Below are positions 1 through 8,144 of a stretch of DNA of 64,000 nt, in pieces. Below the pieces are notes generated by a model. The model did no database searches, had not been told where the DNA came from, and was given only the letters and a program-made list of their open reading frames with translations. Where the stretch lies: assembly GCA_025059595.1 (NCBI GenBank), contig JANXDI010000015.1, positions 89,872 through 153,871 on the forward strand, read 5' to 3'. Made by a program: the position numbers and the translations under genes. The stretch's first letter is position 1. Every line of letters starts with the position of its first letter. This DNA is from Candidatus Calditenuaceae archaeon (lineage in GTDB: Archaea; Thermoproteota; Nitrososphaeria_A; Caldarchaeales; Calditenuaceae).

Positions 1-83
1 ATTCCGAGTATCGTGAGGATACTTCGGCCTCTCCTCTCCCTCAAAGCGCTGAGGGCATATCTCAACGTATCAATCAGATTCAC
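1..83 (-). CDS. MacB/FtsX-type ABC permease, N-terminus (runs off window)
   Basis: Manual translation from GTG at 83: MNLIDTLRYALSALRERRGRSILTILGI, the typical MacB-permease start (RSxLTxLGI). Overlaps the stop of the upstream gene, with the ATPase two genes upstream. Confidence 0.8.
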   Translation of the reverse strand, partial: MNLIDTLRYALSALRERRGRSILTILG

Positions 84-1986
84 GACGTTTACGCCTCCCG
101 GCGTAGGCGTAGACCCCAATCAGTACGGCCACGGAGCCCGCGACCAGCATCGCGGGGAAAATCCACCAAGGCCCGCTTTCCTGCTGAGCCTCAGACACTG
201 GTCTCGGAATCTCTAAATCGACTTGGAAGACGCTTGAATAGTTGCTGCGGAAGACGTCTTTGTACTCGACCACTATACTTCCCCTGAATCTCTCGTCTTG
301 AGAGTTTATTTTCAAGTTGAATGGGAGAGGGGCGTTAGGCTTAATCTCGCCTATGAAGGTGCTTGCCTTTGTTCCCGAGCCGCTATTCAAGGAGATTGTT
401 GCAAAGAGGGCGTCTGATATGCCCTCATTCAGGATGTTCCCCGAGATGTATGGCTCTCCACCGACGAAGATGACCCTGACATCGTATATGCGGAGAGTGA
501 TGTATCCCTCGACAACATATCCCACATCCCTCCGCTCCGAGGCCTGCTCCCCCCTATCGCTGATAATGTAGGTGGCGGAGACACTTATCGCGGCTGATGT
601 CCCTGCGACCTCGGGCTCTGCGTATAGCCGCATTAGAAACTCCCAAGTCTGGCCAGGACTCAGAGAGTCAACCAGCCAGTTGTTCGAGCCCACTATCGTT
701 AATCTGGGGTTTAGAGATTGGACCGTTACAGAGACCCTCTTGAGCTCGCTTGAATGTATGTTCTTGATTGTTAGCCTGACAGTCTGAGTCTGGCCTGCAA
801 CGATGCTGGGCTCAGACTCTATCAAGAGATTTGGGGCCTTGGGGGGGATGTCGCCCACGGCCACAGTTATTGTTGCTACCGTGGTTAAGCTGTTATCCGC
901 CGTGTCCTTGAAGGATACTCTAAGAGGTATCTGATAAACTCCGTTCGCGGCTGCCTGAGCCGTTGAGACAAGGGCCGCTATGGTGACCCTCTCACCCGGC
1001 TTGAGGCTGCCCACACTCCAAGACGACTGCCCTATGAGTGAGACTGGCAGACCGGCTGGCTCCGCATTTACCCGGACTTCGCTAACCAAAACTGGGCCCG
1101 TGTTTTCGATGATAAAGGACATGGGCTCAATTGAGCCTGGCTCCATCTTCAGGGGCTCGGAATAGATTCTAACATACGCATCGCTTACCGCCGGCTTCTT
1201 GAAATACATACTCAATACCGATGTGATGTCTGAATAGGACCCGACTGCGTTACGGTATCTCGCGGAGACTGTGAGAGGCATAACTGAGTCGCCGGCCACC
1301 TGTGAAGCATACACGCCTACCACTAGTTTCACCGATTTATTCGGCGGTAACTCTTCAACGACCCAAGGTTGCTCAGTTAGAATCAGCCCATATGATGGTT
1401 GTTGAGGAGGCTGTATAAGGACGCGGATATCTGTAGCCTTGACAGTCCCAACGTTGGTGAGCCACAGCTCAACTGAATTAACTCTGCCTGGCTCAACGAC
1501 CGTGCTGTTTAAGCTGAACTTGAGGACAGGCCTACCCGGAACGTTTATCTTTATAGGGATTGACTGAAGCCGAAGAGAGCCTCCAACTACCCTATACTCG
1601 AGGAGAAGCGTTGCATCGTAATCTTTGCCAACCTCCGCCGACTCCTCAATATTCGCTATAAAGGTTATTTCAAAGACGCCTCCCGGCGGGATTATTCCGG
1701 GGAAGTGAGACTCGACCTCACGAGGCGTCGAAAGGCTCTGAGACCGCATAACCGGCGGAAGCGAAAGAGTCGCCTTGAGGCCGGTTATGCTGTCCTCTTC
1801 AAAGTCGCTTGCGAGGGCCACTGTTAGTCGCACGCCGCTGTCGCCTGGTGCGACCTCTTCTCGGATGTTGCTCTGGCCCCAATAGGTTCCGAGGTATCTA
1901 ACTTCATCCGTGCCTGCATGCGCTGGTGTTATGGGGGCTGATAGGGCCAGGATAAGGGTTGAGATTAGTATGAGAGGTCTAAGCAT
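70..1986 (-). CDS. Secreted, membrane-anchored COG1361/S-layer-like repeated Ig (CARDB-like) domain protein
   Basis: N-terminal signal peptide, repeated beta-rich modules (NxG...L.PG motifs), C-terminal TM helix plus basic tail. Lies between an ABC ATPase and a permease. Confidence 0.75.
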   Translation of the reverse strand: MLRPLILISTLILALSAPITPAHAGTDEVRYLGTYWGQSNIREEVAPGDSGVRLTVALASDFEEDSITGLKATLSLPPVMRSQSLSTPREVESHFPGIIPPGGVFEITFIANIEESAEVGKDYDATLLLEYRVVGGSLRLQSIPIKINVPGRPVLKFSLNSTVVEPGRVNSVELWLTNVGTVKATDIRVLIQPPQQPSYGLILTEQPWVVEELPPNKSVKLVVGVYASQVAGDSVMPLTVSARYRNAVGSYSDITSVLSMYFKKPAVSDAYVRIYSEPLKMEPGSIEPMSFIIENTGPVLVSEVRVNAEPAGLPVSLIGQSSWSVGSLKPGERVTIAALVSTAQAAANGVYQIPLRVSFKDTADNSLTTVATITVAVGDIPPKAPNLLIESEPSIVAGQTQTVRLTIKNIHSSELKRVSVTVQSLNPRLTIVGSNNWLVDSLSPGQTWEFLMRLYAEPEVAGTSAAISVSATYIISDRGEQASERRDVGYVVEGYITLRIYDVRVIFVGGEPYISGNILNEGISDALFATISLNSGSGTKASTFIGEIKPNAPLPFNLKINSQDERFRGSIVVEYKDVFRSNYSSVFQVDLEIPRPVSEAQQESGPWWIFPAMLVAGSVAVLIGVYAYAGRRKRRESD

Positions 1987-2683
1987 GTAGAGTCACCTCC
2001 GACTCAACCCTCCCGTCCCTGAGTCTGACAATTCTGTCAGACCTCTCGGCCACCTCGGGGTTGTGCGTCACTATAACCAGAGTGGTGCCTAATGTCTTAT
2101 TGATGTTTCGGAGAATATCTATAATTATCATAGCGTTCTTAGAGTCTAGGTTTCCTGTCGGCTCATCGGCGAGCAATATCCTAGGCCTTCCCACTAGTCC
2201 TCGGGCAATAGCGACACGCTGTTGCTCCCCGCCGCTAAGCTCAAGCGGTCTCTTGCGCGCAGCATCCTTCAACCCCACGAGCCGCAGAGCCTCAAGAGCC
2301 GCAGCCCGCCGCTCCGGAAGCGGGACACCTCTAACTGCGAGTGGAAGAGAGACGTTTTCGAGCGCTGAGAGCCTGTTTATCAGATTGTAGGCTTGGAAGA
2401 CGAAACCGATTTTCCTGTTCCTGATTTCGCTTAGCCTTGAGTCGTCTAGTCCGGAGATATCTATGCCTTCGAGTATCACGCGGCCTCTGGTGGGTCTATC
2501 TAGTGTCCCGGCGATGTGGAGGAGGGTGGATTTGCCGCTTCCGCTGGGGCCCATTACGGAGAGCATCTCACCCCTCCGGACCATCAGTGTGAGTCCGCGG
2601 AGGGCGGGATACTCCGTCTTCCCAATCCTGTAAATTTTCCAGACATCCTCTAACACTATGGCGAACGCGTTATCAGGCTCCAT
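1979..2683 (-). CDS. ABC transporter ATP-binding protein (LolD/MacB family)
   Basis: Walker A GPSGSGKST, LSGGEQQRVAIAR signature, LADEPTGNLD, VTH switch. Confidence 0.93.
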   Translation of the reverse strand: MEPDNAFAIVLEDVWKIYRIGKTEYPALRGLTLMVRRGEMLSVMGPSGSGKSTLLHIAGTLDRPTRGRVILEGIDISGLDDSRLSEIRNRKIGFVFQAYNLINRLSALENVSLPLAVRGVPLPERRAAALEALRLVGLKDAARKRPLELSGGEQQRVAIARGLVGRPRILLADEPTGNLDSKNAMIIIDILRNINKTLGTTLVIVTHNPEVAERSDRIVRLRDGRVESEVTLHA

Positions 2684-2727
2684 GCTGAGATTTAGTCACC
2701 GCCCGAGCTATTAAATCATAAATAAGC

Positions 2728-4008
2728 TCACGGAGGAGGCTGTTTCCAGTATAGCTTCGTCTGCCGGGTTATGGAGGTAGTTAAGAGGCTCCTCCTGAGG
2801 TAGGCTTGAAGCCCAAGCCTTAGCCTATCCTTTATGAGTTCGAGGGCTTCTGCTAGGCTACCGCACTTTACCGGCCTCTCTTTGAGGGCTGCTCGGACTA
2901 TCTCCCTAAACCGCCAAACGCCGAGCGGTATCCATCCCTCATCCACCTCGAAGAAGACTATTGCCCCAGACTGAGCCTTCAGCCTCTCTAGGTGTGTGAG
3001 GATTGGCAGCCTGCACGCGTAGTAGGCTCCGCCCGTGTTTTCTGCGTAGCTGGTCCTCCCCCAAGTAAGCTCGTGGTCGGAGTAGACTTCCATACTCTTC
3101 ACCCACCCTTCCAGCAGCTCAAACATCCAGGGAGTAGGAGTTAGGATTATGTGAGCGGCGTTGTGGAGGGCGCTGAAAGAGTGGAGCCTAAACTCTCCTA
3201 TAATCCTGTAACTCTTGACTCGCCGGAGGGCCATCTTCCCCAGCATATCGTCTACGGCGGTTATACTCCACTCAGTTGGGACGAGTTTTCTATCGATTCT
3301 TCTACCCAAAAGCCCAGAGGAAAGAAGCCTCACGATGTAATATTCGTCGACGCCTCCAGACGTGAGCCTCTCCACGGCCTCAAGAACTGGCATGAATGGG
3401 TCCCCGATAACGCGGTCAACGGGCCTCGGTATCGATGGATTATCAACGAGTCTAATGTATTCAGCCGTCCCCGCCGGCCCATGTGGAGCATGCCTCACAC
3501 CGAAGCCCGGCACAAATCTTACTACGCTGGAGGAGAGCTTGAGCTCTAAATCTACGGGCTTCTGAGAGGCGGATGACTCCTGAATCGCGTCCAAAATTTT
3601 AGGCGGGCTGCGGCTTAGCTTGACGCCTGCTCGACTCCTCCCCAGCAAGATGCTCAACCTCATGTAGAGAAGCTCATCGAGCGGCTTGCTGAGCCAAGAG
3701 CCCGGCGACTCAAGAAGCTTAAAATCTAATTCGGGCGAGAGTACCAGACCCGTGCCCACATAGACGCGGGGATAACCCCACTCGCCCACTAAGACCGTCG
3801 GAGGTGTCGGCCCAAAGACAACCTTCTCACCCCTGACGGCCTTCAGAGCCTCCCTGATGGTACCCCTGTAGTATGGGCATTTCATTAAGCTGCAGTTCTT
3901 AGCAACTCCGCGACAGACCTCGCAACGTAAGGTCTCTAATCGTCTCTCGGAGCCTCCCGCTGAAGCCCAGTCCCAGTTCGCCACACCAGAAATACACTCT
4001 GAACACAT
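2728..4008 (-). CDS. nreA: Nre family PCNA-interacting DNA repair protein (start may lie slightly downstream)
   Basis: N-terminal CxxC...CxxxxCP Zn motif, GPTPPTVLVGEWGYPRV, RKLVPTEWSITAVD, GGAYYA, PLGVWRFRE, C-terminal PIP-like QTKLYW. Confidence 0.85.
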   Translation of the reverse strand: MCSECISGVANWDWASAGGSERRLETLRCEVCRGVAKNCSLMKCPYYRGTIREALKAVRGEKVVFGPTPPTVLVGEWGYPRVYVGTGLVLSPELDFKLLESPGSWLSKPLDELLYMRLSILLGRSRAGVKLSRSPPKILDAIQESSASQKPVDLELKLSSSVVRFVPGFGVRHAPHGPAGTAEYIRLVDNPSIPRPVDRVIGDPFMPVLEAVERLTSGGVDEYYIVRLLSSGLLGRRIDRKLVPTEWSITAVDDMLGKMALRRVKSYRIIGEFRLHSFSALHNAAHIILTPTPWMFELLEGWVKSMEVYSDHELTWGRTSYAENTGGAYYACRLPILTHLERLKAQSGAIVFFEVDEGWIPLGVWRFREIVRAALKERPVKCGSLAEALELIKDRLRLGLQAYLRRSLLTTSITRQTKLYWKQPPP

Positions 4009-4054
4009 TTATTCAAGGCTTCCCGTTTGTGGCTCTCTATGTTCATAGCTTTTA

Positions 4055-5305
4055 GTGGGGGCGGCCGGTATGATAATGCAGGTGGAGATGGCGGCCGGGG
4101 GGATTAGAGAAGCGGTCGTTGTTGCAGCGTCGGAGATCATGGTTAAAGGCGGTTACAGGCCTCGTCTTGAACGGATGCTCGTCAAGAATATTGCGGCTGC
4201 TCTCAGGGGGCGTGGAGTTAGCGTGTATAGGAAGCAGGCGAGGATTATAGTTGAGGCTAAGAGGCCGGGCGAGCTCGAGGAGCTGGCGGAGAGGGTAAGC
4301 CGGGTTCCGGGTGTGAGGTGGGCTCGAGTCGGCTACATCATGCCCCGCGACTATGAACTCCTCATGCGGATCGCGGAAGATACCGTCCGAGAGCATCGAT
4401 ATACACGAATAGCGGTTGAGGCCTCGCGCTCAGACAAATCCTTCCACAAAACTTCTCTCGAAATAAGCAGGGAGATTGGTGAGAGGCTGATGAATTCGCT
4501 TGGAGTCGAGGTGGATTTGCGCAGCCCCGAAACCGTCTTATGGGTGGGTGTGCTGAACGACGCTTTCTTATTTGCATGGCGCCGTATCGACGGAGTTGGA
4601 GGGCTTCCCGTAGGTTCCTCAGGTAGAGTCATCGCGCTTCTCTCTGGAGGAATAGACTCTCCAGTCGCCGCTTGGATGATGATGAAGCGGGGATGCTTAG
4701 TGGACATGCTTCACATTTATGCACAGCCAACGCCACAGGACGTTCTCACGGAAAAGATGGGTGAGCTCTATCGGAGGCTGAGGGAGATAAGTCCAGCCTC
4801 AAGACTTTTTCTCGCCACTTACCACAATTTCCTGAGCTACAGCGCGGAAGCCAAGCCGAGACTGGAGCTCGCGCTTTTCAGGAGATTCATGTTCAGGCTT
4901 GCAGACGCTTTAGCCCGCGAAACTGGAGCGAAGGCCATCGTCGCAGGCGATTCCTTAGGACAGGTCGCATCACAGACAATTGAGTCGATACATGCCGCCT
5001 CTCACGGTCTCAGCTTGCCGGTTCTGCTTCCACTGGTAGGCTTTGATAAGGAGGAGATAATCAGGCTCTCCCAGAAGCTCGGCCTCTTCGAGATATCTAT
5101 TAGGGATTATAAGGACTGCTGCTCGATTGTCTCGCGACACCCTCTACCCAGGCCAAAGCCCGGCGATGTGGAGGCGGAATGGATGAGGCTCGGTATGGAC
5201 GATGTTCTGGCTAAGACACTTCAGGAGGTCTACGTCTTTAATGGCGAAAGGCTCGAGTATTGGAAAAATATATCAATTGGGCGGAGGAGGATTCGGCAGG
5301 AATGA
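4055..5305 (+). CDS. thiI: tRNA 4-thiouridine synthase ThiI (THUMP + PP-loop, no rhodanese domain)
   Basis: GGLPVGSSG, LLSGGIDSPVA PP-loop, GDSLGQVASQT, DCCS. Start could be the ATG at 4070 or 4076. Confidence 0.92.
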   Translation: MGAAGMIMQVEMAAGGIREAVVVAASEIMVKGGYRPRLERMLVKNIAAALRGRGVSVYRKQARIIVEAKRPGELEELAERVSRVPGVRWARVGYIMPRDYELLMRIAEDTVREHRYTRIAVEASRSDKSFHKTSLEISREIGERLMNSLGVEVDLRSPETVLWVGVLNDAFLFAWRRIDGVGGLPVGSSGRVIALLSGGIDSPVAAWMMMKRGCLVDMLHIYAQPTPQDVLTEKMGELYRRLREISPASRLFLATYHNFLSYSAEAKPRLELALFRRFMFRLADALARETGAKAIVAGDSLGQVASQTIESIHAASHGLSLPVLLPLVGFDKEEIIRLSQKLGLFEISIRDYKDCCSIVSRHPLPRPKPGDVEAEWMRLGMDDVLAKTLQEVYVFNGERLEYWKNISIGRRRIRQE

Positions 5306-5353
5306 TGAGATTTGTCTCAGCTGAGCTGTGAAGAAACCAGCTCACCCTGACCC
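5299..5353 (+). ncRNA. Box C/D 2'-O-methylation guide sRNA
   Basis: C box ATGATGA (5302-5308), 12-nt guide GATTTGTCTCAG, D' CTGA (5321-5324), C' GTGAAGA (5328-5334), 12-nt guide AACCAGCTCACC, D CTGA (5347-5350). Canonical archaeal spacing, with the C box overlapping the thiI stop codon. Confidence 0.85.
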
Positions 5354-5356
5354 AAG

Positions 5357-6973
5357 GTGTATTTCCTGTTGCGTCAAGGCTTTTTTGAGGGTCGATGGGG
5401 CTCAGACGCGGCCCGAAAATACCATGAGGAGACTAAGCACAGCTACGCCAGCGTCAGGTCCAGTTTGGGATTCCTCGACTTTCGTAACAAGCCTTACCCC
5501 TTCAAATACTACGTCAGCGGCTCGAAGATTCAGCTTCCTGAGAATTTTGAGAGGCCGGAAAAATACGCGCTTGAAGCTCTCTCCTGCCGAAAGCGGATGG
5601 AGCCGGGGACTAAGATATCCATCAGCACACTCGCATCTATACTCTATTTCTCTGCGGGGGTCAGCCGAGTCTCAAAGGTGGGGGATAGCCTAATCTGCTT
5701 CAGAGTCGCTCCCGCGACCGGGGCGCTCTACAGCACAGAGCTCTACCCCGTCGTTGGCAGAGTTGAGGGTCTCAATGCGGGCGTCTATCACTTTGACCCT
5801 GCCGAGTTCGTCCTCACCAAGCTGAGGAGCCGAGACTATAGGGGCCGTTTGGCCGCGGCCATTCAAGAGGATGCCGTAGCAGGCTCGCCCTTGTCGGTCA
5901 TCTTCACCGCGGTTGGCTGGAGGAATGCGTGGAAATATAGGGAGCGGAGTTACCGCCACTGGTTTTGGGACGGTGGCGCGGTTATAGCCAACTTTTTAGC
6001 CACCTCATGCTCTTTCGGCTTGGATGCGACGCTTTATGTCGGCTTCGAGGATGGCGTTGTGAATGAGCTTGTGGGCGTGGATGGTGACGAGGAGGCTGCG
6101 TTCGCGGTTGTGTCCGTAGAAGATGTGGGTGCGCGAGGCGAGGCAGCGAATCTTGAAGAAGCCCTAATGCACATAGAGGCTGCGCCGGCACATGATAGAA
6201 GCAAGCCCGTGAAATACCCAATAATTCTGAGGACACATGCCTCCACGTCTCTCTCCACTAGAGAGGATGTCGCAGCCTACCGGGACACAGTTGCCCATCT
6301 CGTCTCGCTGAGGACCCCGGCAGATTTAGGGCTCACAGTTCAAGTGCCTCCCCCATTAGCGAGCACGAAAAAGCTTTGGGAGGTTATCCTTGAGCGAGGC
6401 TCAACTCGTAGGTTTGCGAGGAATGACATAGGGGCCGCCCAGCTCTCAAGCATACTCACATTCAGCTTCGGGCCGCTTAAAGCCGACTTCCTCCCCCAAG
6501 GCCTGCGAACCCTTATTCACCCCCACCTAATAATCAACGCCGTTGAGGGTGTTCCAAGCGGGGCTTATAGATACATTCCAAACTCGGGCGAGCTAAGGCT
6601 ATTGAAGAGGGGGCAGTTCAGGGAGGCTGCCGGGTATCTGTGTTTGGAGCAGAGTCTGGGTAGGGATGCAGCGGTCGTAGTCTTCAACCTTGCAGACCTG
6701 GATGCCGTCTTGGACGTGCTGGGTGGCAGAGGCTATCGCGCAGTTCAGCTTGAAGGCGGTGTCAGGCTTGGGAATCTATATCTTGCCGCTTATTCGCTTG
6801 GGCTCGGTGCTACGGGCCTCACTTTTTACGATGACGATGTCGTCGAGTTTTTCTCCCCAAGCTCTGAGGGCTTGGAGGTGCTGACTGTGGTGGCGATAGG
6901 CCGTCCTGCGTATTCCTCGAGGCCCGGGAGCATCAGGACGAAGACTCTTAAGCACCCCGCCAAGCTGCTTTAG
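5357..6973 (+). CDS. SagB/ThcOx-type tandem nitroreductase-domain flavoprotein
   Basis: YHEETKH, FRVAPATGALYSTELY, WKYRERSYRH in the first domain; RGSTRRF, RGYRAVQLEGG, GATGLTFYDD in the second. Start uncertain. Confidence 0.8.
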   Translation: MYFLLRQGFFEGRWGSDAARKYHEETKHSYASVRSSLGFLDFRNKPYPFKYYVSGSKIQLPENFERPEKYALEALSCRKRMEPGTKISISTLASILYFSAGVSRVSKVGDSLICFRVAPATGALYSTELYPVVGRVEGLNAGVYHFDPAEFVLTKLRSRDYRGRLAAAIQEDAVAGSPLSVIFTAVGWRNAWKYRERSYRHWFWDGGAVIANFLATSCSFGLDATLYVGFEDGVVNELVGVDGDEEAAFAVVSVEDVGARGEAANLEEALMHIEAAPAHDRSKPVKYPIILRTHASTSLSTREDVAAYRDTVAHLVSLRTPADLGLTVQVPPPLASTKKLWEVILERGSTRRFARNDIGAAQLSSILTFSFGPLKADFLPQGLRTLIHPHLIINAVEGVPSGAYRYIPNSGELRLLKRGQFREAAGYLCLEQSLGRDAAVVVFNLADLDAVLDVLGGRGYRAVQLEGGVRLGNLYLAAYSLGLGATGLTFYDDDVVEFFSPSSEGLEVLTVVAIGRPAYSSRPGSIRTKTLKHPAKLL

Positions 6974-7003
6974 CAGTTAGTAACGTCAAAACTATAATTT
7001 GGT

Positions 7004-7999
7004 GTGAGAGAATACGAGTTGGATTTGAGCAGGCTGGCCCAGCTATGCGACTCGTGCGGGGAGGCTCCACCGGTCTATCGTCAGGTTTATTCCGGTGTGA
7101 GCCTCTGCGGCGACTGTTTCAAAGAGAGTATCGAGAAGCGTGTGAGGAGGACTATTTCGAGATACAGCCTCCTCAGGGAGAACGATAGGATTCTCGTCGC
7201 TGTTTCTGGAGGTAAGGATAGCCTCTCCTTACTCAAGATACTTGCCAAGATTGAGAGGGACTTTCCCAGGGCGAGCCTTGTCGCCGTCTCCATCGACGAG
7301 GGCATACCGGGCTATAGAGACGAGGCTCTGCAGTTAGCGGCTGACTTTTGCAGAAGGCTCGGAGTGGAGCATAGGGTGTATTCTTTTGAGGAGCTGTTCG
7401 GTGTCGGCTTAAATGACGCCATCGGGAAGGGGCTTCTCAGTAAGCTAGGCATGGGAGCCTGCACGGTTTGCGGTGTATGGAGGAGGAAGGCTCTCAGCGT
7501 GGCAGCGAGGAGTTTGAAAGCCACAGTCGTCGCGACGGCACACACCCTCGACGACATAGTCCAAACATACTTGATGGATGTTCTTCGGGGAGAGTTTCCG
7601 AAGGCGGCGATAGGTCTGAGACGCGAGGCCAACGGGATAATTCCCCGCGTCGCACCCCTGAGGCAAATCCTCGAAGAGGAAGTTGTCCTCTACGCCTATC
7701 TAAACAGAATACCGTTCCAAGAGACTCCATGCCCAAACGCTAAAGGCTCGCAGCGAGACATCGTAAGGAGCTTTCTAGCCCAGTTCGAGGCCAAATATCC
7801 AGGTTCGCTCTTCACGGCCTTGAGAGTTATCGAGTCAAAGATTGAGCCTCGTTCTGGTCAGTTGCTTCCCTGTGAAATCTGCGGTGAGCCCTCCTCTAGG
7901 AACATCTGCAGGGCTTGCGAGTTTGAGAGGGCCTTCTCAGACCTCCTGTCTCTATCGGGGGAGTTAGTCGGAGCGGATGTTAGTGTAGATGACGTATAG
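7004..7999 (+). CDS. ttuA: tRNA 2-thiouridine synthase TtuA/NcsA (Ctu1 family)
   Basis: N-terminal CxxC...CxxC, SGGKDS PP-loop, SIDEGIPGYR, CxxC and CP Fe-S ligands, C-terminal CEICG...CRAC. Confidence 0.88.
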   Translation: MREYELDLSRLAQLCDSCGEAPPVYRQVYSGVSLCGDCFKESIEKRVRRTISRYSLLRENDRILVAVSGGKDSLSLLKILAKIERDFPRASLVAVSIDEGIPGYRDEALQLAADFCRRLGVEHRVYSFEELFGVGLNDAIGKGLLSKLGMGACTVCGVWRRKALSVAARSLKATVVATAHTLDDIVQTYLMDVLRGEFPKAAIGLRREANGIIPRVAPLRQILEEEVVLYAYLNRIPFQETPCPNAKGSQRDIVRSFLAQFEAKYPGSLFTALRVIESKIEPRSGQLLPCEICGEPSSRNICRACEFERAFSDLLSLSGELVGADVSVDDV

Positions 8000-8077
8000 A
8001 GCGTAGATTGCGAGTCCGAGAAGGAAGAGGATGTAGGCGTTTATATATAGCATGTCGAAAAACTGGCTGGGCGACAT
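7964..8077 (-). CDS. Putative 37-aa single-pass membrane microprotein
   Basis: Manual translation MSPSQFFDMLYINAYILFLLGLAIYALYVIYTNIRSD*, with an uninterrupted hydrophobic stretch. Not in the ORF track. Confidence 0.45.
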   Translation of the reverse strand: MSPSQFFDMLYINAYILFLLGLAIYALYVIYTNIRSD

Positions 8078-8144
8078 CAGGCGCTCCGCACTGAAAGTCA
8101 CGAGCCGCCATATTAACTCTACCCAAAAGCCCTCTTGAGATAAC

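Noticed and set aside
5385-5405. Out-of-frame ATG at 5395 after GAGGGT that would give MGSDAARKYHE if one G of GGGG were removed
   Set aside because: In-frame GTG (5357) and TTG (5369) starts exist, so no frameshift is required. A homopolymer error cannot be judged without reads.
5357-6973. SagB gene as evidence of a RiPP (TOMM) cluster
   Set aside because: No YcaO, E1-like partner, precursor peptide or dedicated exporter nearby.
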